IMG/VR virus record: IMGVR_UViG_3300024358_000010
DNA: 64,000 bases
Strand: one strand, 5' to 3'
Origin: a virus
Shown: positions 28,358-39,089 of the stretch, in pieces
How positions within the stretch are numbered: position 1 is the stretch's first letter
Layout: the number at the start of each line of letters is the position of its first letter
Position numbers and translations under genes: made by a program
The notes under the pieces: model-generated
What the model saw: the letters and a program-made list of their open reading frames with translations, nothing else
Told to the model about the DNA's origin: nothing
The model's database searches: none

Positions 28358-30700
28358 TCACGAGCTGCAGACTACGCAGTCTTCTGGATTATCAATTGAA
28401 CATGCCGTGACGTCGTTTGCTTTCTGCTCTTGGACCGTAACCTTCACGGACTCTTTAGCTGCCTTGGTGCGCAGATAATACATCCCAGTCTTCAGACCTT
28501 TCTTCCACGCGTAGAGATGCAGCGAAGCGATCTGGTCTAGCGTGGGGTTGGCCATGTGGATGTTCATACTTTGACTCTGGCAGATAAATACTCCGCGGTC
28601 GGCGGCCATGTCTATCACGACCTTTTGGGATGTTTCCCACACGGTCTTGTAGATCTTCCTGACGTCCTCTGGTATCTCTTCTATACCCTGGACTGATCCG
28701 TTGCTGGAGATGATCTTGTCGACCATCTTGCGGTTCCACAGACCTAGTTCCTGCATATGCTTGACGAGGTGCTTGTTGACGACGACAAATTCGCCAGCGA
28801 GCGTTTCGCGCTTATAGAGATTGCTGGTGTGAATCTCAAACGCCTCATAGTTATCAAAGATCTGCGACGTCGAAGCGGTTGGCATTGGTGCTAGGAGAAG
28901 AGAGTTTCTTGCACCGTGCTTCTTAAGTTTCTCGCGAACAGTTTTCCAATGCTCTTCCCAAGTCAGTGGACCTTTATATCCCCACAGGTCGAACTGCAAA
29001 AGTCCTCGTGACAAAGGGCTGCCATCGTATGACTCATATGCACCATATTTTTCAGCTAGATCGATAGATGCCTGCATAGAACCCAAATAGATAGTCTCGA
29101 ACATTGACCGATTTAGCTCGCGAGCCTCAGGCGAGTCATAGGGAATACGCAGCATCATGAAGGCGTCTGCTAGACCTTGCACGCCGATCCCGATAGGGCG
29201 ATGCTTCTCGTTAGAGTTCTCAGTCGCTGGTGTGGGGTAATAGTTCTTGTCGATAACGCGGTTGAGGTTTACTGTGGCATCGTATGCAACTTGGCGAAGG
29301 TGTTCGACATCAATGCCGCCGTTCTTGACGAATTTAGGAAGACAGATCGAGGCTAGGTTGCACACAGCGGTCTCTTCAGCAGAAGAGTACTCGATGATCT
29401 CAGTGCAGAGGTTTGAGGATTTGATGGTGCCGAGATTTTGCTGATTAGACTTCTTATTCGCCGCGTCCTTGTACAGCATGTACGGTGTCCCAGTCTCCTT
29501 CTGGGACATCGCTATCCGGCGCATTAACTCAGAAGCCTTGACAGTTTTGCGGCCTCGACCTTCTTGCTCGTATTTTGTGTACAGCTTCTCAAACTCTTCG
29601 CCCCAGACCTCGTGTAGATCTGGCGCTTCATCAGGCGAGAATAGCGTCCAATCCTCGTTGTTTTCTAGGCGCTTCATGAATAGATCTGGGATCCACATCG
29701 CTGGGAAAAGATCATGGCATCTTCTCTCGTCGTCGCCGGTGGTCTTGCGGATATCGATGAAGTCCTCGATGTCGGCGTGCCAAGGCTCAAGATAAATTGC
29801 AGCTGAGCCTCGACGCTTTCCGCCCTGGTTCACGTATCGGAACGTCGCGTTGACGTGGCGGAGCATCGGGATTAGTCCATCGCCAAAGCGCTGGCTAGAA
29901 TTAATCACTGCGCCATCTGCGCGGACATTGTGAACCCACATCCCGACGCCACCGCTGTTCTTACTGATGAGTGCGCACTCCTTATCGGTGTCGTAGATGC
30001 CTTCGAGTGAGTCATCTTTCATGGCAATGAGGAAGCACGATGACATCTGCGGTCTAGCTGTTCCGGCGTTGAACAAGGTTGGCGTTGCGTGCGTGTAGTA
30101 TCCCAAAGACAAATAGTCATAAAGCTTTTTGACCTCGTTGAGGTCGACGCCGCAGATTGACACTGCTACACGCAGAAATAGAGTCTGTGGGCGTTCTAAG
30201 ACTTTTCTCTCAGCAGACCAGGATCCATCTGCTAGCTTCTTTCTCTTAGATTTGTCGATTATTCCCAGTAAATATCTGGATTCAAGAGTTTTAAAACCAA
30301 AATACGAAAATGTGAAATCCCGATCATAATCGATCACAGATCGAAGATCATCGCCCAAAGACTCTACGGTTTCCATAAAGTCGTCAGATAAAACGCCTAC
30401 AGAATAGAGATCTTTCCAAGCCTGAATGAAATCATCAGGAGTTTCTTTGTGCAGAGCTGAGGCAGCAATAGCTGAAGCTAATTTGTCATAATCTGGGTGC
30501 TCTGGTGCTAAAGATGCTGCTGTTTCAATTAGTAACCTATCTGTTTCGCGCGTAGTCACATTGTCATACAACCCCGCAACTACTTTTTGAGCGATCAAAA
30601 CCGGTTCGACCTGCAAACCTTTCGCGTGATTCCTTACCCGATTTAGTATTTTGTCGAATGAAACTTCTTCTGTGCTTCCGTTCCGCTTTACTACGCGCAT
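28358..30700 (-). CDS. nrdA: ribonucleotide reductase class Ia alpha subunit with ATP cone
   Basis: MRVVKRNG ATP cone, ATPTLFNAG, SSCF, SNLCTEI, APMPTAST, KTGMYYLR, C-terminal CxxC. Confidence 0.96.
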   Translation of the reverse strand: MRVVKRNGSTEEVSFDKILNRVRNHAKGLQVEPVLIAQKVVAGLYDNVTTRETDRLLIETAASLAPEHPDYDKLASAIAASALHKETPDDFIQAWKDLYSVGVLSDDFMETVESLGDDLRSVIDYDRDFTFSYFGFKTLESRYLLGIIDKSKRKKLADGSWSAERKVLERPQTLFLRVAVSICGVDLNEVKKLYDYLSLGYYTHATPTLFNAGTARPQMSSCFLIAMKDDSLEGIYDTDKECALISKNSGGVGMWVHNVRADGAVINSSQRFGDGLIPMLRHVNATFRYVNQGGKRRGSAAIYLEPWHADIEDFIDIRKTTGDDERRCHDLFPAMWIPDLFMKRLENNEDWTLFSPDEAPDLHEVWGEEFEKLYTKYEQEGRGRKTVKASELMRRIAMSQKETGTPYMLYKDAANKKSNQQNLGTIKSSNLCTEIIEYSSAEETAVCNLASICLPKFVKNGGIDVEHLRQVAYDATVNLNRVIDKNYYPTPATENSNEKHRPIGIGVQGLADAFMMLRIPYDSPEARELNRSMFETIYLGSMQASIDLAEKYGAYESYDGSPLSRGLLQFDLWGYKGPLTWEEHWKTVREKLKKHGARNSLLLAPMPTASTSQIFDNYEAFEIHTSNLYKRETLAGEFVVVNKHLVKHMQELGLWNRKMVDKIISSNGSVQGIEEIPEDVRKIYKTVWETSQKVVIDMAADRGVFICQSQSMNIHMANPTLDQIASLHLYAWKKGLKTGMYYLRTKAAKESVKVTVQEQKANDVTACSIDNPEDCVVCSS

Positions 30701-30858
30701 TAATCCTGCTCCGGATAGATATTTAATCAACAATATTAAAAATATACACTGCACAGCGCAGCAATCAAACAGACAAGTATATAATACCCTGCCGCACCGC
30801 CGAGGCAGTATATAAATCCGAATGTATAAATATCACAAATCGCAATGAAAGGATTGTT

Positions 30859-31221
30859 ATGTCGATTACGGATCAAAAGCAAGATGAGGTTCAATTTACG
30901 CCGTTAACAGATCTTTGCATTGACGGCGATGACTGCAAAAACATTAAAGATTTTTATACGCATTTTGGAATTGATATGGAGGCTGCTCTTAAAGAATCTA
31001 TTGCCGCTTTCGAAGATGCAGTTAAAGAGCATGCTCCGAAAGAAAAACTCATCGAACTTCAAAACAATTTAAGAGTTCAACTCTGCGTGTCCGTGTGCAG
31101 CTCCGAGCATCCTCTCTTCAAAGACCAACTATTCACTGAGGTGCGCGACAACGCGAAGCAGGTCGCGTTTCTATCAAATTTCAACAAACAACTAGAAGAA
31201 TTAGTCACCGAAAACGATTAA
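30859..31221 (+). CDS. hypothetical protein
   Basis: TCCGAAT at 30817. Confidence 0.7.
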   Translation: MSITDQKQDEVQFTPLTDLCIDGDDCKNIKDFYTHFGIDMEAALKESIAAFEDAVKEHAPKEKLIELQNNLRVQLCVSVCSSEHPLFKDQLFTEVRDNAKQVAFLSNFNKQLEELVTEND

Positions 31222-31715
31222 GATTTTTTGTAAATCTTGTCGTACAGGTCGTGCAGATGCGCCGGTATCATTGATTTATCAACTGCTGCCGGTGCTGCAG
31301 GTGTTGCTACCGGTGCCGGTGTAGCTGAAACTGCCGGTATTGCTGGTGCCGGAGCCGGTTGACTAGGTTTTGCAGATTTAATCTGGGGTGCTTCTTGTTT
31401 CTGTTGTCTTTCGTATTGTTTTGCTGCCGTGCGAACACTTTTAGGTACTTTGTATTGCTTATCGGCATGAGCTATTAAAGCATAGCGTATGTTTTGCTCA
31501 GCGTGCTTGGTGAAATCACCGAATTCTGGTTTGTAGGTGTGTATCGCTCTTAAAAGAGCCTGTTGACCAATATTATGCCATTCGCTTGGATTTTTGGTTG
31601 CGTCAGGTGGTAGTTTACCGGTTTTTAAGAGACCATTGTAATGTTTATTGACGTAAGGAGCATACGTCATGTAAACATAAGACAAAAGATCATCTGGATC
31701 GTCTATTTTAGCCAT
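31218..31715 (-). CDS. sigma-factor region-2-like protein with Pro/Ala linker
   Basis: GGAGG RBS at ATG 31715; IGQQALLRAIHTYKPEFGDFTKHAEQNIRYAL resembles sigma70 regions 2.2-2.4 (G..GL.KA...FDP..G.FSTYA...IR.AI). Confidence 0.55.
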   Translation of the reverse strand: MAKIDDPDDLLSYVYMTYAPYVNKHYNGLLKTGKLPPDATKNPSEWHNIGQQALLRAIHTYKPEFGDFTKHAEQNIRYALIAHADKQYKVPKSVRTAAKQYERQQKQEAPQIKSAKPSQPAPAPAIPAVSATPAPVATPAAPAAVDKSMIPAHLHDLYDKIYKKS

Positions 31716-31758
31716 AAAATCCTCCACTAGTATTATATACCAAAACGCAGGAGAAGTC

Positions 31759-32640
31759 ATGATAACTAAGCCCATGCTTGCTGTGGCCGCAGAGGATCTA
31801 GAAAAGATAGTATTTCCAGTGCTTTGCTCTCCAAAGCTTGACGGCATAAGGGCGCTGAAGGTCAACGGCAAACTGCTCAGCAGATCGTTTAAGCCGATAC
31901 CCAACGACTTCATCAGAACCGTGGTCGAGCATGTTCTGCCAGATGGAGTTGACGGCGAGCTGCTGGTTGGTCATACTTTTCATGAATCTTCTTCAGGTGT
32001 TATGTCTCAAGAGGGGCAGCCTAATTTCCAATACGCCATGTTTGACTACGTAACGGGCGCACTGAACAAACCGTTTATAGACCGCCTGGCGGATCTTAAG
32101 GCCATGCTGGAATCATCATCGCTGATGGGCAAACACTTCACTATCGTCAACCACGCCATCGTCAGCTGTGTCAGCGATCTGCTTGCCTTAGAGCAACAGA
32201 TGGTCGATCAGGGATACGAAGGATTGATGATAAGGTCACTTAGGGGGCCCTATAAATGCGGCAGATCTACGGCCAAAGAAGGCTATTTGCTCAAATTAAA
32301 GCGCTTCGAGGACTCTGAGGCCATCATCCTCGACTATGAAGAGCAGATGCACAACACGAACGAGGCCAAAAAAGATGTGCTCGGTCGGACCGAAAGATCC
32401 ACTGCCAAAGATGGACTCGTTCCTAAGGGGGTTCTCGGAACCATAATAGTTCGCGATATCCATTCTGGTGTGGAGTTTAAGATAGGCACGGGCTTTGACG
32501 ATACTCAGAGGGCTAAATTCTGGAAAGAACGATCATCTTTACCAGGCCGACTGGTAAAATACAAATACCAGCCATCGGGCGTGAAAGAGGCACCTCGTTT
32601 CCCCACCTTCCTCTCACTTAGGCACCAAGATGACCTTTAA
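31759..32640 (+). CDS. lig: ATP-dependent DNA ligase
   Basis: KLDGIR, DGEL, FD, EGLMIR, LLKLK, GTGF, PRFP motifs. Confidence 0.93.
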   Translation: MITKPMLAVAAEDLEKIVFPVLCSPKLDGIRALKVNGKLLSRSFKPIPNDFIRTVVEHVLPDGVDGELLVGHTFHESSSGVMSQEGQPNFQYAMFDYVTGALNKPFIDRLADLKAMLESSSLMGKHFTIVNHAIVSCVSDLLALEQQMVDQGYEGLMIRSLRGPYKCGRSTAKEGYLLKLKRFEDSEAIILDYEEQMHNTNEAKKDVLGRTERSTAKDGLVPKGVLGTIIVRDIHSGVEFKIGTGFDDTQRAKFWKERSSLPGRLVKYKYQPSGVKEAPRFPTFLSLRHQDDL

Positions 32641-33451
32641 TTTTCGGAGTCGCATTTGCTGTCCATAAGGTTAGAAAGAGGTAAAAATAACCTTTGGGCG
32701 ATAAAGGTACCGAGTACCGGTGCAGTTATCTCAGAAAGACGATGGGTCTCGCAGGTAGACGCGGTTCAGTGGTGCAGAGCGGTAATGTCGTCATTCGGCG
32801 TCAACTACTCGATCGAGGTGGCAGATGGAAGATCATATATCGAACAGCCGGGTGTTACGCAAGCTGCGAGCCCTAGAGACGATAAACAATAAATCAATAC
32901 ACCCGCTAGACATGGCAGGTGAGCTATACACGTATGGCGTGCTGTCGGCAAAGCAACTCGAAGAGATAAAAACTTCAAACAATAAATCTGAGCTACTGTT
33001 TAGGGCTCTAGAGCTTGCCAACAAAGAAGGCCGCGTAGATCTTTTAGACTACGAGTGGCAGCTGCTGCCAATGCAGAGGATCACGATAACGATCGTGACG
33101 TCCTCAGGCATAAAAGAATACAGACACGAGGAACCATGAAAAGAAGAAAAATATCTAGAGTACGGATATTCGATCCGATGGTTGACAATCCAACCAGCGT
33201 CGACGGCCACGAGTATGCGGCGACAAGATCTTTTCCAGTGTCTAAGAAGCTGAACGGCCTCAATTCTCCTCTGTCAGAGGAGTCAAAATCCCTGACGCGA
33301 GACGAGACAATACCAGCAGATTACAAAGGCTCGTACGGCATCAGGTCAAGTGCGTTCTTCGCCTTCTCGTCGGGCGACGACATCGACGATCTTAAGTATC
33401 TAATTAACAGATCCCCAGACATTTAATAAACACCCATAGACCGGGGCGCGC

Positions 33452-34453
33452 ATGGATTCCAACTTCAAACTGATATGCAAGACAAAATTCTCAGATATCA
33501 CGGAAGACACGGTGCTGCCAAAATCTGATTTGGCGTTGCAGTCCGATGACACGCTTTTTCAATTTAAATACGTACGCGTAAACGAGAAGGTTAAGAAGAA
33601 GATCATCTTTCCAGGCACCTTCATGATGAAGTATGTGTCCGGCGGTCTTAAGTTGTCGCCTGTTGTGCTCGGTAAAAAGCGTCTACTGTTAGATGCGGTG
33701 GGCTCAAAAAGCATAATCGATGAGGCAAGCCGGTTCTTCTCGAACCTGCACGTATACGAGCAACTAGATCGCCAGAAGAAGCGTGGAGTACTCATATACT
33801 CGACCCCAGGGATGGGGAAGAGTTCCACGATAGCGCACTTCTGCGCAGAGGCTGTCGCCGCCGACCCCGGCACTGTAGTAGTTGTGTGGCCAACTTCAAA
33901 GGTTGAAGCAGACGACGTGACCGACTTCCTCGCCACTGGAACAAAGTTCAGTAAAAGGGCTACACGCATGATCCTTATCCTTGAGGACATCGGTGGCGCT
34001 GAATATGAAAACGGCGGCGGTGCTAGAGGTGTTGATTCTGGGATCCTTAATCTGCTCGACGGTGTTTCGATGAACTTTAAAGTACCTACGTTCATCGTGG
34101 CGACTACAAATCATCCAGAAAATCTTCTAGCTTCTCTGGCAGACAGACCAGGACGCTTCGACCTTATGATCGAGCTCAGAGCCCCGGCGTACGACGAGAG
34201 AATTAAATTATTAGAGTTTATTGCCAAACGCTCGCTCTCCGACGAAGAGAAAGACGTCTTCAAGCACAAAGATTGTGACACTTTGAGCATTGCGCACCTG
34301 GACGAGATTGTCGTTCGATCTTTGCTGCATGGCAAGTCTTTAAAACAAACTCTCAAAGAGATCTTAGACCACAAGAAGAATGTGGCAGAAGCTTTTGAGA
34401 AAGCAAGAAAAACAGGTGGAATTGGGTTCTCAACGTCTGACGACGGCTTCTAG
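33452..34453 (+). CDS. AAA+ ATPase
   Basis: STPGMGKS Walker A, ILEDI Walker B, LNLLDG, TTN.PE, RPGRFD, C-terminal IGF. Confidence 0.9.
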   Translation: MDSNFKLICKTKFSDITEDTVLPKSDLALQSDDTLFQFKYVRVNEKVKKKIIFPGTFMMKYVSGGLKLSPVVLGKKRLLLDAVGSKSIIDEASRFFSNLHVYEQLDRQKKRGVLIYSTPGMGKSSTIAHFCAEAVAADPGTVVVVWPTSKVEADDVTDFLATGTKFSKRATRMILILEDIGGAEYENGGGARGVDSGILNLLDGVSMNFKVPTFIVATTNHPENLLASLADRPGRFDLMIELRAPAYDERIKLLEFIAKRSLSDEEKDVFKHKDCDTLSIAHLDEIVVRSLLHGKSLKQTLKEILDHKKNVAEAFEKARKTGGIGFSTSDDGF

Positions 34454-35225
34454 GAGAAGCATTTTATGACGTTCTTAGAGGCTTCGCTTTCTGGCTATAA
34501 GTTTAAGCGTGCTAACCATAAAAAGTATCTCATTTTTGATGAGCGAGGCGGTCTATCCTGGGAAGACGGTGAGATTGCGGCTCTGAATATCGACTGGCTC
34601 AGGGCAAACGACTGGGAAGTATTAGAACCACAGGTCACTATCACAAAATCCGAATTTATGGATGCCTACGCGAAGGCCTGCGACAAGGTGCATAGCGGTG
34701 CTAACTTCGTGAGCGTACTTGAAGTTGTATCTGAGATGGCTAAAACACTTAAACTGTGAGGCGTGTATGAATACTAAATGGCTAGCATGTGCTGCGATCT
34801 TGGCGACATCTACTGTGAGTCTAGCGAACTTAGATAAACCTAAGTTCGCAAAGGGAGACTGCGTCCAGAGAACAGCCGATGTGGAGCGCTGGGAGCAACC
34901 GGAGCCTATTATCAAGATTTTAGAGGTTGGCCGTAAAAAATATCGCACCATCGAGTGGAACCTAGAGACAAAGACGTTCGACCCAAACTGGGAGTCTCAC
35001 GCGTTCCTTATCATCGATACCTTCAACACTAAAGTGAGGTGTCCAAAATGAGAATTATGCTAGCACTTGCCCTGTTGACCTCGTGTACAGCTCCAGTTTC
35101 GCCAACATCTGCACAGGCATCAAACTTAGAGTGCTCGGTTGTAGCCGAGCACCAGCTGACGATCTGCCAGGATAAATTTGTGAGATGCTACATGCCGACA
35201 CATGGCGGCATATACTGCATGCCTA

Positions 35226-35999
35226 TCAGGTAGCTTCTTCAGAGATAGAGTCGTCTATCTCCTCTTCTCTCAGCTCGTTGAGCGAGAGTTTTGGTATCGA
35301 CTTCTTACTTATCCGCTCGTATATGCTTTTGATAGTTTTCTGCATCGTTTTGTTGTCGACTCGCTCGCTGAGCGCAGCATTTCTCGTGCGCCTTACTGAG
35401 CCTCTTTTGCGCTGCTGTATGACTTTGTCGGCCAAACCTAGTAAAACTGTCTCTTCTGCGGTTAAATACAAATCGCGCTGGCACACGTCCTGCCAAAACG
35501 CCTTAGGCATTCTAGAGTTTTGCTCAAAAATGTCATAAAGCTTATCTTGAAGATTTTGAAAGTGCTTGCTGGTGATCTGAAAGTCGGTGTGCCGGTCCTC
35601 TAACTGATCTGATCCGTCATGGACGAGAACGTAAGTATTTTTGTGCAGCATACGCAGATCGCATACCGCCATGATCCATGTGGCGGCAGACGCTATGAGA
35701 CCGCTGCCAACGAACTTAACTTGAACAGGGGACGCTTCGATCTCGTCTACTAATCTGAGCATCTCGTACGGATCGCCACCTGGACACGACATATGGATCT
35801 CGATGGGTGCCGAGTTCTTCTCATACATCCTGTGCATGCCGCGCACTACGGCCTCTATAGACCCCCAGCCGACGTCTGATCCATTATCCGAATCAATTAT
35901 TCCAAAGTATATGCGACGCTTTTCGATGTCAATACCGAAGGTTAAGATTTCATCTAGTGAGTTTTTGTCAGACACGGCATCCTCCATCAGCTTGAACAT
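35226..35999 (-). CDS. ClpP-like serine protease
   Basis: SCPGG, IASAA (Ser), LVHDG (His), RDLYLTAEETVLLGLAD. Confidence 0.85.
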   Translation of the reverse strand: MFKLMEDAVSDKNSLDEILTFGIDIEKRRIYFGIIDSDNGSDVGWGSIEAVVRGMHRMYEKNSAPIEIHMSCPGGDPYEMLRLVDEIEASPVQVKFVGSGLIASAATWIMAVCDLRMLHKNTYVLVHDGSDQLEDRHTDFQITSKHFQNLQDKLYDIFEQNSRMPKAFWQDVCQRDLYLTAEETVLLGLADKVIQQRKRGSVRRTRNAALSERVDNKTMQKTIKSIYERISKKSIPKLSLNELREEEIDDSISEEAT

Positions 36000-36024
36000 A
36001 TTTTACCCTTACAAGGAGAAAACC

Positions 36025-36345
36025 ATGAACGAAACAATCGAGCAATTCATAGCCCGAGGCGGCAAAATATCCAAGTTTGAGCCTCAAGAATCGCCAGAGA
36101 CTAAGCATATTTTGTCAGTAAAATTAACAGGTTCTATGGACATCATAGACCTGGCGGAGGGTGCTGATTTATATTCCGAAGCAGCTATGGCTGCTAAAGG
36201 TATCCGCAAGGTAAAAATAGATAGGAAGAAAAGGATTAAGATAAATCCAGATCTTCTACCCCCGGGTTTGCTTGGGTTACTAAATTCTTTAGGAGACGAT
36301 ATCGATGCAGCGCGACAACAAGAAGAAACTGTTTCTGAAGGATAG
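36025..36345 (+). CDS. hypothetical protein
   Basis: AAGGAG RBS; IEQFIARGGKI motif; C-terminal INPDLLPPGL. Confidence 0.7.
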   Translation: MNETIEQFIARGGKISKFEPQESPETKHILSVKLTGSMDIIDLAEGADLYSEAAMAAKGIRKVKIDRKKRIKINPDLLPPGLLGLLNSLGDDIDAARQQEETVSEG

Positions 36346-36707
36346 TCGAGGGTTTGTCGAGCTGTACTTTACACCTGATGAAGTTCTTTCAATGCTAGAA
36401 ATTTTAGCATTTACGCGTAGGTTATGCAATTCACTAATGACTCAGGAAAATTCCAGCATATCAGAAGACACTAAGAATCTTTTGCAAGATAAAACTCTCG
36501 CAGCTTCTCTTCTAGAAGAGAAGATTAAGATGGACGCAGACCCTGGAAAACCAGACGGACCGCTGCACTAAACCATGCACTTGCTGCATGCGTGTGGCCC
36601 CCAGGTATAAAACCTAGGTTGGTTTATTGTCGGCTAATTTTAGCTAGATTTCCAGGTTATTTTTCCGATTCTAATCATCATAGACAATTTCCAACGAAGG
36701 AGACGCA

Positions 36708-37829
36708 ATGAAACCATCTCGCATCCAAGAAGTTCTCGATCTTTCCCTTCAAGCTCGCTCTGTTGGTAAAAACCTAAACCCATTGTTTGCAGGCGCAGCT
36801 GGTATCGGCAAGTCAGAGATTTGCCAAGCTTGGGTCAAAAAGCAGCAAAAGACAAGAAATCCAAACTTTGGTTTCATTGACCTTCGGTGCGCGTATTTGG
36901 AGGCCCCTGATTTTATCGGCTTCCCAGGCGAGTCAGTCGATGCACACGGCGCCGTGAGAACATCCCACCGCCTCCCAGAATTCTGGCCAACCGACCCGGA
37001 ATCAGAGGGCCTTATCCTTCTCGAGGAACCTAACCGCGGCACGACAGCGGTCATGAACTGCCTGATGCAGCTCCTCACCGATCGAAAAGTTCACAACTAC
37101 ACCCTCCCAAAGGGATGGATCATCGCCGGCGCGATCAACCCGGATTCTGCCGAGTACGATGTAAACACGATGGATACTGCGCTCAAAAATCGTTTCGCCT
37201 CGTTCGAAGTTGAGTACGACCACAACACGTTCGTCTCCTTCATGGAAGAGAACAACTGGTGTCAGCATATCGTGTATTTCGTCAAATCAGGTACTTGGAC
37301 ATACAAGGACGCATCATCCGTCGGCAAAGACGCGGTCTACGTCTCCCCAAGAACATGGGCACAGCTGAACGCGGCCCATGCCGCTGGCGCCCTCGGCGAT
37401 AAGCAGCTACACCGCATCATCGCTACTGCAGTTCTAGGCAAAGACATCGGCAACGAATTCTGGAAATTCGTGCACGATGACGCGCCTGTCACAGCGCACG
37501 ATCTACTTAAGAGTAAAAAGAAAGCTCTGTCTAAGCTCAAGGAGCAGTCTAAGCCTGACGCGTACCAAGGCGACAAGATCGCGGTGACCGTTGAATCTAT
37601 TATCAAAGAGTATGGCGGCATCGAGCCTAAAGATGATCAAATCGGCGAAGACGTGATGGTTGAAGTTGCGAAGATCATCTCTTCTGACCAGGCAGTCAAC
37701 CTTCTAAAGGGTTGTGGCCTTAAGTCTCACAACGGCAACATCACAGACTTCTTCAAAGACTTTTGCAAGCGTCATCCAGATTTGGTTGACGTGCTCAAAT
37801 CAAACATCAAACTAAGCGGCAACAAGTGA
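36708..37829 (+). CDS. MoxR/dynein-related AAA ATPase
   Basis: GAAGIGKS, FIDLR, D..GFP, LLEE.NR, A.NP, D.ALKNRF, SPRTW. Confidence 0.88.
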   Translation: MKPSRIQEVLDLSLQARSVGKNLNPLFAGAAGIGKSEICQAWVKKQQKTRNPNFGFIDLRCAYLEAPDFIGFPGESVDAHGAVRTSHRLPEFWPTDPESEGLILLEEPNRGTTAVMNCLMQLLTDRKVHNYTLPKGWIIAGAINPDSAEYDVNTMDTALKNRFASFEVEYDHNTFVSFMEENNWCQHIVYFVKSGTWTYKDASSVGKDAVYVSPRTWAQLNAAHAAGALGDKQLHRIIATAVLGKDIGNEFWKFVHDDAPVTAHDLLKSKKKALSKLKEQSKPDAYQGDKIAVTVESIIKEYGGIEPKDDQIGEDVMVEVAKIISSDQAVNLLKGCGLKSHNGNITDFFKDFCKRHPDLVDVLKSNIKLSGNK

Positions 37830-38247
37830 GATCGAGAAATCTGCGAGATAAGCGTCGTCATGTGTGGCGGGGGTCAACGATTTCCCCGTCTGACGCGAGA
37901 AAGATCTCCGCCACACAGGTTAGACACTCTAACGTGGTGCTTTGCATCCAGGCGTCCACCATCGATAGTATCGCCCTCCATCTCGGTCTATCAAAGATAG
38001 ACGCGATGGCCAAGATTATGCAAGAAGTTAACAGCGTCGAAGAAAAACGCGGCGAACACCAGATTAAAATCATCAACACGCCGGTTGTCATGTGGATAAG
38101 CTTCAGAAAATACGAAAGCAAAATATGTGCTGAGATACAGCTCAGCACTAAAAATATCATAGTGTCTGTTGACAAGCTTTCATCTCTAGTTGCGGACGAA
38201 GCTCTGAAACGCGAGATGGATAGCCTTTAACCCAGATAGGAGTAGAG

Positions 38248-38985
38248 ATGTTTACCAAAACCCTAACCGCAATCTGCGCAGTCCTGGCTCTGTCGTGCAA
38301 CTACGAGCCACCTGTTAACAGTGGGATTGTTGAGTCCGCCAAAAATGTTACAACCTCTGATAGAGAATCAAAAGAGCTTGGCGATTACGCCCTCCTGATG
38401 ATGCGGATTGTTAACGCAAATCTTTCTGATGTCAGGAGAAATGTCGTTGCGCGCAGCATCGTGAACGTCGCCAACGATATCTTCTCATCCCTGGACGAAA
38501 AGAAGCAATTTGTGGTGATGATCGCTATTGAGTCCAAATTCAATACCGATGCCAAATCGTCAGCTGGCGCACTCGGGCTTACGCAGATCATGCCTCAGTA
38601 TGCCCGAGAATTCGGCACAGCGTGTGGTATAAAAGACTTAAGGGATGAAGACATGATTCACCCGGACGTCAACCTGATACTTGGGGCGTGTCGTTTCAAG
38701 GCGCTACTTGACGCTTTCAACGGTCAACCGGTACCTGCATTGGTAGCTTATAACGCAGGATTGGCATCTAACCAGTTAAAACAACTACAGTCTTTGAGAG
38801 AAATAACAAACACGGAGACTGCGTCATACGTAGTGAAATGGATTTATGTCAAAGATCAAGCGGACAAGCAAACCGAAAAGCGCAAAGTCCGGGTCAAAAC
38901 CGCCAGTGGATCTGAGCAAGGCTCGAAGAAAGAAGATATACGCGCGCAAGAAGGTAATAAAAAACAGGAAGAATCTGGGACTTAA
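38248..38985 (+). CDS. lipoprotein lytic transglycosylase (SLT domain)
   Basis: ALSC lipobox; IES.FN..A.S.AGALGLTQIMP; AYNAG. Confidence 0.88.
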   Translation: MFTKTLTAICAVLALSCNYEPPVNSGIVESAKNVTTSDRESKELGDYALLMMRIVNANLSDVRRNVVARSIVNVANDIFSSLDEKKQFVVMIAIESKFNTDAKSSAGALGLTQIMPQYAREFGTACGIKDLRDEDMIHPDVNLILGACRFKALLDAFNGQPVPALVAYNAGLASNQLKQLQSLREITNTETASYVVKWIYVKDQADKQTEKRKVRVKTASGSEQGSKKEDIRAQEGNKKQEESGT

Positions 38986-39089
38986 AAATAAGTGCGAGAC
39001 GTATACTTCGTATTCTAACTATCTCGAAAATATAAAGAAAAAGGTAGCTAGAATACAAGCCATAATCGATCAGCTGAAGGAACTAGCGG

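Noticed and set aside
30730-30815. NrdR box upstream of nrdA
   Set aside because: Only AGTATATAA direct repeats around a small hairpin; no convincing NrdR palindrome.
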